Shown here: one piece after another, positions 10,761 through 20,000 of the stretch
Layout of the letters: every line of letters begins with the position of its first letter
How positions within the stretch are numbered: position 1 is the stretch's first letter
Assembly: GCA_009602725.1 (NCBI GenBank)
Contig: WELB01000012.1
Location: 267,548 to 287,547, forward strand
Length of the DNA: 20,000 nucleotides
Reading direction: 5' to 3'
Source: Spirogloea muscicola
Lineage: Eukaryota
Program-made: the position numbers and the translations under genes
Notes under the pieces: generated by a model
What the model saw: only the letters and a program-made list of their open reading frames with translations
Database searches by the model: none
Told to the model about the DNA's origin: nothing

Positions 10761-12191
10761 ANGGCGGCCGCCGGCGGCCCGTCATCGCCGCCGCCGCCGC
10801 CGCTGGCGAAGCTGTGCGAGCTGCGGCCGAGCATCAGCAACAACGTGCATAGCGTCTTCATCCTGCTGGAGAAAGGTGCGCCGCAAGCGGCCCTCTGGTC
10901 CTTCAGGGCCGGCATCCTGGACACCTTCAGTTGCTGCCCCTGGCTCCCAGTATCTGATCACTGAACCCGTTCACCAAATATGAGCGTGGGCTCTGAAGCC
11001 TGAGCTTCCTCTTCTACTCCCGCCTCCTCCCGCGGAGGCGTCCTGGTCGACGGCCTTGCTCGAGCTGCGGCCTGTGGTGCCCCTTGGACTAGCTCTCTGA
11101 GGCGGGAGGAGCAGCGGATGGGCGTGATGATGGGCTCCGCCCGGCAGCTGAGTTCCTTGGCACCGCGAGATTGCCGCTCAGGTGCTGGCCTTGTTGGCAC
11201 CCGCGCAGGCGTGCCAGCGAGGGTGAGCGAGTCGGGCCCTATGGTGAGCACCGCGCTGGTGGCAGACGCCACAGCCTCGGTGCATTTCCAGCTCTGGGGG
11301 GCGGAGGTGGACGCCTTCCAGCCCGGCGACATCATCCGCCTCACCAGCGGGTGAGGGACGGAAGATCATGCTGTGACGCCCTTCCAGCTGGCCTTTCTAG
11401 TCCCTGCCCTGTCAACACACACGGCCAGACAATGAAGGCACATCTACTAGTGCTGGTTGTGGTTGTCATCGGTCATGAAGTCACTCCTTATTACTTATCA
11501 GTGAAAGTGGTGTTCGAGATATAGCCAGCAACAAAGGTCAGCAGACTCAGGTTCACTGGCTTGTACTGCACTGTTCAGACAGCACTTTGTTGCCTGGCCT
11601 GCAGCATGTTCTCCTTCCACAAGTCCAACCTGATACTACGGGCGGGCAAGAAGGGCACGCTTGAGAAAGTCGGCGAGTGAGACCCTTTTATTACCTCCAT
11701 ACTTGCTGCATATGCATGGGTGCCTGCCACTTAAGCATTGCTGCACGCAGGTCAGCTGCGCCTGAGGACCATTCTTTGCAACTTGCCCGCTTGCCACTGC
11801 CAGGTTCTCCATGGTGTTCACTGAAACGCCGAACATGAGTCGCCTCCAGTGGGCGCAGGATCCAAGCAATCCCAAGAGCTATGTACGACACCGACCTCGT
11901 CTGAGGACCTGCCTTTTTGTGGCATTCCTGATATTTCTTTGCGGCTGGAACCTGTGACACAGACCATGACTTTGTTTTGAAAGTCTGCAAGCAGTGGTTC
12001 AATTACTCTTAGTTTATCATAGGTGTTGAGCATGGCACGTGCCTTACACAGCATCACGATGGGCTATGAAGCTCAGACTTGCACTATCCCCTGCCCAGGT
12101 CATTGTTGGTTACCCGCAGAGCCACCCGTCTACCGGCCAAGCCATGCACGCAGCCGGCTTAGGAGGCGCCAGGGGACATGGAGCCATCTAA
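10761..12191 (+). CDS. NABP: SOSS complex subunit B homolog (NABP/SSB1-type OB-fold ssDNA-binding protein); exons 10761-10875, 11209 (or 11182)-11350, 11605-11676, 11804-11882, 12099-12191
   Basis: LAKLCELRPSISNNVHSVFILLEKG|...TALVADATASVHFQLWGAEVDAFQPGDIIRLTSG|MFSFHKSNLILRAGKKGTLEKVGE|FSMVFTETPNMSRLQW is the SOSS-B signature. The start codon reads ANG (N at 10762) in frame. The last exon is less certain. Confidence 0.92.
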
Positions 12192-13220
12192 TTTGATGGA
12201 CCAGGAGCTCTGAAAGATGGTGGAGGCCCCACGCTGCAGGCCACGACAAGCTGCAGCCTGCTTTGCCACGGCTGGAGCTACCTGTGGCCGTCTTCTCCAG
12301 ACCCCTCATATCAAGGTCCATACTCATATTTATTTCACCATGGTGCTCGGCCAGAGCCTTCTGGCCAACCAGCCTGCTGGCGACATCATGAATCAAGCGC
12401 ACCATGGAGCACAATGCCTTGCTGCCCTGTGGCAGCAGCTCCACCTCGACCTGATCATATTGTCATATCTGCAAGATGTAACGAGTCTGCAAGGAGCGGT
12501 GATGAGCATGAGCATGCTTTGGATCGACCATACCGTGTTCATTGGGGCTTGTGCCCATCAGCTTTTCTTGCTGCTGCTCTAGTACATTCTGAGTCGGCAG
12601 ACCATCTTTGGCAGTGTGCAGGAGCGATGCTGGCGTTCCATTAATGCCACCCAGGAAGTCAAAGAAGCTCTGTTCCCGGCTACGTCACGTGCTCTGTGTT
12701 CGTTCGTGAGGGAGCTCACAGGATTACCATGAAGCTGCACCTGCAACAGGGCTTCTCACAGTCTGGACAATGTGGTATTTGTGTACATGTAGACCATGCG
12801 GTAGCTGAATTTTCAAATGTGTGGTGGTGAATCCAGCTGTGCGCTACCGTGACCGGCACAGAAACTTACCTCGCTCATCAATTTAAGAGCAAGGAAAAGG
12901 GCACTTGTCCACCACAGTACACTGTAAAGAAGGCGCGCTGCCACTCTGCATTGGAGGCCAACAGAAGCAGCAGCAGAGCGGTTGGCTTGTTGCAGCTCCG
13001 GCTGGCGCAGTGCGGTGGTGGGAGATGGCATACGCCATCCATGGTGCTGGAAGATGCAGTAGGCCTCCTTGCCACCATGGGGCCGATGCCTGCGAAAGAG
13101 CTCGTAATCCCTACCGTCCAAGCAGCATCCCCACTGCTCAGCGCGTGTATTCTAGGGCCCGGGGCGCCTGCGGAGCTTGGAAAGGTGATCTTGCGAAGGG
13201 GTCGAAGCTGTGAGAGGAGG

Positions 13221-13649
13221 AGAAGAAGCAGCTCTTCCAAAGGGCCGAGGGCTGTTGAAAAGCCAGCCCACAAAAGAAGGAAAGAAGAAACAAGGGCAAG
13301 AAAGGACGGTGGTGGAGCCTGAGGGTGAGAAGGCGCGCGGAGTGCATGCAATGAAAGGGTGGCCAGTCTGAGCCGATACAATGTACAGGCAAAAGCAAGT
13401 GCAAAAATTGGGGCTATGTGAAAGTTGTAGCGACACTGACTTGGAGGCTACAGGAGGGGGAGGAGGCGGCGGCTTGGTCAGAAGACAGCCTCTTCCAGTG
13501 GAAAGAAGAAACAGCTCTTCCAATATGAGTCATTGGCTGCGGAAGGCCAGCCCAGAGGAACGTGCAAGGGTAGCCATCGCCCTCTACTATCACCCTCCAC
13601 TAGAAGCAAGCGCGGCCAGGTTAAGTGGTGGCTGGGAGAGGCCAGCCCA
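13221..13649. repeat. Local repeated motif AGAAGAA(G/A)CAGCTCTTCCAA-N9-11-GGCTG-N6-7-GCCAGCCCA
   Basis: Full copies at 13221-13270 and 13504-13554. Half copies at ~13480-13497 (left half) and 13630-13649 (GGCTG..CAGCC half). Confidence 0.7.
13327..13365 (+). repeat. Dispersed intergenic motif, copy C
   Basis: GAGAAGGCGCGCGGAGTGCATGCAATGAAAGGGTGGCCA; 35/40 aligned positions match copy B (4 substitutions, 1 gap). Confidence 0.85.
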
Positions 13650-13929
13650 AAGGAATGGACAAACCTAGAGGGCGATGGCACGGTGTAGCCTGCAGGGCGG
13701 GGCGCCGCTGTGGGGGAATGGAGGCCACGGAGGGAGAGGTGGGCGCCCGGGGGGAGGGGGGGTGGTGGCGGCTGCCCGGAGAGGCAAGGGGCGCCGCCGC
13801 GTCAGGCGAGCCCGCCGCACGTAGCCGGGAGTGCGAGACGGCGAGGCGGCCCCCCGCGGTGGGGGAGGGGGGGAGGAGGCTCGCCCGGGCCAACGTGGCT
13901 CGCCTTCCCTCTCTCTCCTGGGAGCTCCG

Positions 13930-13930
<1 letters not shown>

Positions 13931-13961
<31 letters not shown>
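13931..13961 (+). repeat. (GCC)10 microsatellite directly before the candidate ATG at 13962
   Basis: CGCCGCC...GCC followed by ATGG. Confidence 0.9.
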
Positions 13962-13962
<1 letters not shown>

Positions 13963-16900
13963 TGGTGGCCGTGGGCCTCGGGCCCGGGGNNNNNNNNNNN
14001 NNNNNNNNNNNNNNNNNNNNNNNNNNNNNNNNNNNNNNNNNNNNNNNNNNNNNNNNNNNNNNNNNNNNNNNNNNNNNNNNNNNNNNNNNNNNNNNNNNNN
14101 NNNNNNNNNGGCGGGGGCGGAGGAGGGCTTGGCGTCGGCCATGGCAGCCTTCGAGCGTGAGGCGGCGCTGCGCGCCCGCGAGCGGGACTTGGTAGCGGCG
14201 GCGCGGCAGCGGCGGCGCTCCCCGCCCCGCGAGGAGGCCCTGGTGCGGCCCGACAGCGATGGCCGCGCCTCGGACTGCTCCAGCTCCTTCGGCAGCACGG
14301 TCTCCGAGCCGAGCTCGGAGGGCGGCGGCGAGGGCCCGGACGACGACTATGGCGCCAGCGCCGAAAGCGACGTTCCCCGCGGCGGCCTTCCCGCTGCCAG
14401 CCCCTCTGCCAGCGGCTGCCCCGATGCTCCGCCAAGGTGCTCCCTTGCGCTCGCTGTCAAGCCGACAGCGTGGCCCTCGGATGGCGTCTGGCCAGTCTTT
14501 GACGGCAATGGAGCTTCTCCTCTACGATGCCACATGGGGGCTCTGTCGCTTGACGCGTCGTGGCTCTGGGTGCAGGCCGTCGTCGTGCTCCTTGAGGCCC
14601 GACTGGAAGCACCACCGGCGGGCGATCGAGTGGCGCTGCCAGTGGATCGAGCTGCGAATGCAGGAGCTCAGGCTCGCGGTACTACTCCTCGCTAGCACCG
14701 CAAGCGCTACCTCCACGCCCTCTTGCTCGCCTAGCAGTAGCACTAAGGTGGCAGCAGCTTTGCATGTACTCTTGTGTCCTGCTCCTCATTCACCTGGTCT
14801 GCGGCTTCCCAGGCGCACCGCTATGAGGCCATCCTGCGGCAGCTGGAAGCGCACAAGGTGTGGTTGCCTCTTGAACGCTGCCCTCGCGGCAGGAGCAAGC
14901 TCGCAAATGGCGTGGCGGACTATACCGGGCTCGCTACCGTACCGCTTGCCACGACGATGGTGGCATTGAAGGGGCCCGCAGGTCGGCAACCGGGAGCTAG
15001 CGGCCCACTTGGCACCACCGGCAATGCAAAAGGAGGCCCCCATGTCGAGGATGACATGGGAGAGTGCGCTCGCACGCGGGGCCTTGAGCTGGGCAAATGG
15101 CGGGAGATCAAGCGGGCTCGCATGATGCCCCGCCGGCAGTGCGCGCGCGCCAAGAATGGCGTGGACCTGCAGCAGTACGCAAAGGGCCACCCCCTCTTTT
15201 CCTACTATGGTATTGGACTCTCTCCTCGCCGTTCCCGCTTGGCCCTTGGCATCTTGTGAAATGTCACTGTGCATGTGTCACTGCATTTGTCACTGTGCGA
15301 GGGCGGCATAGCCTGAGGCGATGTTGCTTTGATTTCACGAGAAGTAATTTCTGAGCCCAGATGTTTGGAGCTATGGATCTCAATATCACACAGCTTCAGA
15401 TGCTGTCAATCCTGGACAATCACTGATCATACAATCTTGTCCATGACGTTGACATCCTCTCTCTGAGTATCTGCCAGTAGACAAGCCTCAGAAGCATGGA
15501 GCCAGTTCTTCTCCCCAGGATGCTGGGAGAAGGTTGATGGACCAGTCATGTCGTGAGTCCTTTCCACCTTCCCTGATTACGTGCAGTGGTGGATGTGGCA
15601 TATATGCAACTACCCAACTGCAGAGAGCCCCACCTCAATGTCTAGCATGCAAAGTAGCAACTCATCATATGGCATGGCTACTCAGATCGAGCTTGAGGCT
15701 CATATGCTCCAAGAAGAAATGTCCTGCCTGAGTCATTGTTGCATGACATGCAGAGATTGCAAGAGCGGATGACGGGAGTGCGGCCGTGTCCCCCGATGTT
15801 GAGCTGGGCCAGGTTCTGGAAGGCATCAGCGAGCTGCAGGTGTTGATCCCCTTGATCGTTACTTCTCTTGCCATCTCGGTCACCTCTTGTAGGAGTCCGA
15901 GGGGGCCAAGGTCTTTGATGAGCACTTTGAGTGCTGTGAATACTTTGGCATTCGTGTACTCGCGAGCAGGCTTGGCATGCTTTGGAGCATGTGTGTGCCT
16001 TTCATGAGCTGGTAGTGCAGTCACACTGGCCACTGTCAAATGTCCATCAAGCCCATCAGCTTTACTAAGGCCTGCCTGTATGTCAGGAACGTGCGAGGAG
16101 CATACGCGAGGAGCTTCAGTTGGCCCCCTGGGAGCACCGCAGCTGCTGGCCTCCTTGCAACAATGTGCCACAACTTGCCGCTGTGGCAGACACTTCTGAG
16201 CTCTCACCTCCGCGGTCGGCGACAACCGTTCCCTGCATTGCCACGTCAGTGACGGCCAGCTCCAAGCCTGCGAGGTCCAAGGCGGCTGTGCTGCCTTTAG
16301 CAGCAGGTTGCAAAAAGGTCGAGAAGGTCATCTCCGTGCCCATGCTGGCTCCGGTCGACACGTTGTCGCCCTCGACACAGCTGTCCCCGCCAGCCAGGCA
16401 GCTGTCAGGGAGCAGCGGGTCGCTCCGGAGGCGAGCCTCGGACTTTGACATCAACAACATCGTCATGCCAGCCTCTACTGCAGTTACCTTTGTTGAACAG
16501 GTGGATATATGTCTCAGCTCAGGTCTCAATATCTTGGATTAGTGTAGTTGCCGACGCTCTGCAAGTGCCAGAGCCCATTGGCTTGTCATGTTGTCCTGGC
16601 CTGGCTCGCATGTCAAGGAGCGACCACTTGATGCATGCCACTTTTTTGTTGTCAGACCAGTGCAGTGTTATGTCGAGCAGCAGAAGGTGGCACTAAGCTG
16701 TGCAGGCTCCTCTCCTTCGCAGGTGCGCCATGAGTTCATTGAGACACCGCTGTGGCGCCAGCACTCGTCTGACGGGGCAACTTGTCTCAGAAGCACACCA
16801 GAGCAGGAGAGGATTAGCAGTGATGAGGTGAAACAGCCTTTGCCCGTCTGACCTGCCGCTCTAGGGTCTTGTAGAAGGCTCAGCATACGTACTTGGTCAT

Positions 16901-17321
16901 CCACAGATAGTCAGCTTTGTGTGAATGCATCGCATGCTGGGAGAAGGGGCTCATCAGTGGGGTAGTGGACTTAGGGGCTGACTGAGCTTAAATGAAAGCG
17001 ATTAGTACTTGCAAAGGTTGATGGCATGCTTGCTTTGGACTTTCACAGGACACGGACGATGAAGTGTACGCACACCGGCATGCGCCTTATGAGGCCAAGG
17101 AGCGGCAGTCATGGGCACATGCCATGGTGCCTCAGGAGGCCAAGGTGACCAAGCACGTTGGTGACTTAGCCCTGCGGCTGAGGGCAGGCGCCATGGTGCG
17201 GCGGGGTCGGGCAAGTGAGGGCAGGCCCAAGGGCAAGTCGAGCAGGAGGAGTAGCACACCGCGCCGGCCACTGTCTGCCCCTCTCCTCCTGCGGCCATGG
17301 CAGCGATCCCCGAGGGTTTAG
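13962..17321 (+). CDS. KANSL1/NSL1-like PEHE-domain protein; exons 13962 (or 14141)-14436 spanning the N gap, 14576-14678, 14813-15209, ~15478-15552 (tentative), 15754-15839, 16087-16500, 16723-16827, 17049-17321
   Basis: Motifs in order: SSSFGST; WKHHRRAIEWRCQWIELRMQELRLA|AHRYE; ECARTRG; HPLFSYY; LGQVLEGISELQ|ERARSIREEL; RRRASDFDINNIVMP; FIETPLWR; E|DTDDEVYAHRHAPYEAKERQSW. GT-AG junctions are phase-consistent. The start is uncertain because of the assembly gap. Confidence 0.82.
13990..14109. other. Assembly gap (120 N) inside the GC-rich 5' end of the KANSL1-like gene
   Basis: Run of N bases. Confidence 0.99.
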
Positions 17322-17888
17322 CTATGATTTTCCAGCTCGCTTTGCTGGAGGTTCACAGGAACGTATACTTCTTTGCATGACATTTTAAATAGTGGACATA
17401 TGTAGAGTGTTTCGGCCAAATGGCCTATCAGTAGAGGCTCCATAAGGAGCATTTAAGTACCTGCAGCAGTTGCTTGCCCATGTCTGCGTTGGGCCTAGGC
17501 TTCTCACTGTGACTATTGGCTTGTGGTTGATCTATGATTTGCTAAGCAAGGATGGCAAGTGTGGCAGCATCATTAGCCTGCTTGCCTCCGCGCTTCTCAG
17601 TGTCAGCGCAGCTTCTTTCTGACAGCATGAGGAGCATCGCTTATGCACATGCTTGTTTGTCAATCTCTGCAGTTGAGGTAGCTGCAAGATTTTCGTGCAA
17701 TCACCCCAATGTAGAAGTGGGCGTGCAATCCATTGCTTGAGTGTACATTGATCCACTGGTCATAACAAGTGGAGGAAGTGGGCTCACGACAATGCACTTC
17801 ATGCGAGAACGGACTCCCGACCACAAACAGTGTGGATTCAACTGTAAGTTTGTCAAAGCTAAGAACTCAGATCCAAATCGCATCAAGC

Positions 17889-19943
17889 TCATGCTTCACT
17901 GTAGCCTCTCCAGACAGCACGAAACTCCTCTCGGAAAGAATTTAGTCTTGCTTTCAAGTTCGGTGAGCGGAAGCTGGCATGCAGGAGGAGCACTGCAAAG
18001 AAGACAGCCGGGCAGCTTGGCTGAGGACTAAAACCCAACCCCTAGATCAGTAGCACAGCATCGGCACACTGTCAACCGCGTCTTCAGACTATGGAAGATG
18101 CCAATAGCAAGCAGGAAATTTACATCCTACTTACTTACCAAGGAAATCCACCACAATTGCCCCAAAGACAGTAAAGATGGCTGATGTAAGGTACCATACC
18201 AACAAGCTCACTGAAAGACAACAAGAAGGTCCTGTGAGTGGCTTTTTAGTTCCAGCTTTGACACCTAGTACGCTGACCACCATGCAGCTGCCCTTTCTCC
18301 TGCAAATAGCTCTCTCTGGGGGCAACTTGATTTACAGGTGGAAGAAAGTTCAATCACAAACCATGGTTGAAGCCAATAATTTATAAGATACCTGCCAGGA
18401 GCGCTCCAACTACAATCCTGCGGTCTTGGCCACAGATGTGAACTGCTCCCTTTGACGGCCTCGCCCTGGCCCCTGGTCCCGGTCTCCTGCAATTAATAAG
18501 GCACTAGGTAGGAAGTGTCACCAAATGGCAGAGCTCCTTCAGCTGAAGCCCAGAGATGAAAGTTAGTTAAGTACAGGTAGTATGACAATTACATACTGAC
18601 CCACTGCTTCTGTGCAAACGCGGCCTGGCAGCAATAGGATCTAAGAAGCGGCAGGCTGCTGTGGACTTTACTGTCAGTATTGCGCCCCAGCAAAAAGGTC
18701 AGCAGCTTGAGCTTACGTTTGGGGTGCCCTTAGCTTGGCAGCCAGGGGCGGCGAGATCTTGCGAATGGCCCGGGTCAGCTTATCGCTGACCGACATGGCG
18801 AAGCTGCGGTCACAGACAGCCAAGAATTGGAGGCACAACCTCAGTTCCTTGCTGGTCTGTGAATATGCAGAGGAAAAGCCACAGGACCACCGCTCGGCAA
18901 ATTACCTCCCAGTGGCTAGTATGCACGGCAAGAAATATCATTCTGGAAAGACTGTGCGATGCTGGTCAGTTGACGTCAACTGGCACCATGACATGGCGCA
19001 GTGCAGCCAAGTCCTCCACCTGCTATTATGCAGAGCTGCTGCTGCATGGTGACATTCAGGCCTACTGCCAGACACGTTGCCCAACTCCGTTGGTGCATGA
19101 CGACGTTCAGGCCTACTGCCAGACAAGTATGCAGAGCAAGGGCTCAGCGCAGAGCCTAGTCGAGCGAGTGCGGCGATACCTGTCATTCAAGCAGGCGAGG
19201 CTGAAGGCGAGGAAGGGGACGGCCGGCAGCGCCAGTGGGTTGCGGGCAAAGGCGCACACTGGCCAGCGACAGCACAGAGAGCCCTCCGGCCAGGTCAGGG
19301 CCTCAGCTTCCTGAGGCGCGGGCTGTCGGCCGCCATGTTCACAGAGTCGCAGAGCGATGCTCACCGAAGATGAAGAAGGTGAGGATGAAGTAGTTGGTCC
19401 GGTAGCTGCGCGCGCCCCACAGGGTAAATGGAGTGCGTAGTGAGTTATGGAGGGCCTGAGTGGCCGAGTGCAAAGGCAAGCACATCGACAGATGTACAAT
19501 ATCATCTGCTGCTAAGCTGACCCGCTCTCAGTGACCACGAGTCAGCACATGGAGGTCGCTGACCGATGCCCGAACACTGGACAGCAATCGACGAGCCCTT
19601 GTGCCTGCCACCAGCTGAGGCTCGCCCAGCTTTCTGATGCAGAGCACGAGCCCGAGCTCGCCGCAGACAGGCTGACCCACGACGTCGCAGCGACGACAGA
19701 GGGGCTGCCGGCATGCCCATCTCGGTGGGGGAGCGGCGGCCGCCCGTCACGCGCGAGGGCTGCCATGGCGGCGGCGGGGGCTCACTAGTAGGAGTTGCAC
19801 TTGAGGCGGGAGGTCCACTTGGCGGCGTCGCGGGGGGGGCTGAACTTGGAGAGGAACTCGGGCAGGGGGCGCGGCGGCGCCGCCCAGTCCACCTCGCGCA
19901 GCGCGTCCGCCACCTCCTCCGCCGTCACCGCGTTCCAGTCCAT
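17889..19943 (-). CDS. PRA1: PRA1 family protein, PRA1.A type (prenylated Rab acceptor), 211 aa; exons 19943-19786, 19405-19365, 19258-19180, 18803-18717, 18486-18392, 18210-18139, 17992-17889
   Basis: MDWNAVTAEEVADALREVDWAAPPRPLPEFLSKF...WTSRLKCNSYYYRTNYF...LHASFRSPNLKARLNSFREEFRAVWRGYSEA* matches plant PRA1.A proteins. 636-nt frame, all introns GT-AG. Confidence 0.96.
19043..19125. repeat. Direct duplication (32 bp, period 51) in PRA1 intron 3
   Basis: TGCATGGTGACATTCAGGCCTACTGCCAGACA / TGCATGACGACGTTCAGGCCTACTGCCAGACA. Confidence 0.85.
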
Positions 19944-20000
19944 GCCGCCGCCGCCGCCGCCGCTGCCGCGCTCATCCAACCGCGCGCGGGCCCGACGGCG

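Noticed and set aside
12928..12938. AGAAGGCGCGC partial match to the intergenic motif (similar at the CRL exon 1 junction, ~3466-3477)
   Set aside because: Only 11-12 nt match, without the second half. Expected by chance in GC-rich sequence.
14669..14678. Possible GC donor at CAG|GCTCGC in the KANSL1-like gene
   Set aside because: The canonical GT donor at 14679 gives the correct phase and an ungapped match to the recalled family motif.
13621..14695. Long ORFs crossing the N gap on both strands
   Set aside because: Artefacts of GC richness and unknown bases. Only the plus frame after the gap carries family motifs.
17562..17599. Possible degenerate fourth copy of the intergenic motif (…CTCCGCGCTTCTC)
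   Set aside because: It needs several indels to align and cannot be distinguished from chance by eye.
19043..19125. Repeat-spacer-repeat arrangement suggesting CRISPR
   Set aside because: Only two imperfect copies inside a eukaryotic intron and no cas genes. An ordinary local duplication.

Overview
Compact, intron-rich eukaryotic nuclear DNA. The plant-type proteins and very GC-rich first exons suggest a streptophyte, probably an alga (inference). I reconstructed six genes exon by exon: the 3' part of an AP-1 mu subunit (+), CRUMPLED LEAF/CpcT-family CRL (+), DXO1 decapping/deNADding nuclease (-), a SOSS-B/NABP OB-fold ssDNA-binding protein (+), a KANSL1/NSL1-like protein (+) and a PRA1.A-type Rab acceptor (-). 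Most notable observations: (1) the 'uncharacterised plant-type' gene at 14-17.3 kb has the motif order of animal KANSL1: coiled coil, ART WIN-like motif, FDINNIVMP and a complete PEHE domain; (2) a 40-44 bp motif recurs in three intergenic regions, with two copies inverted around CRL; (3) the DXO1 N-terminal extension resembles the RNMT-activating segment of animal RAM; (4) CRL needs two GC-AG introns and has an apparent 1-nt frameshift after its ATG; (5) a repeated hairpin motif lies in the unexplained 12.2-13.9 kb interval. All homology calls rest on recalled reference sequences, not database searches.
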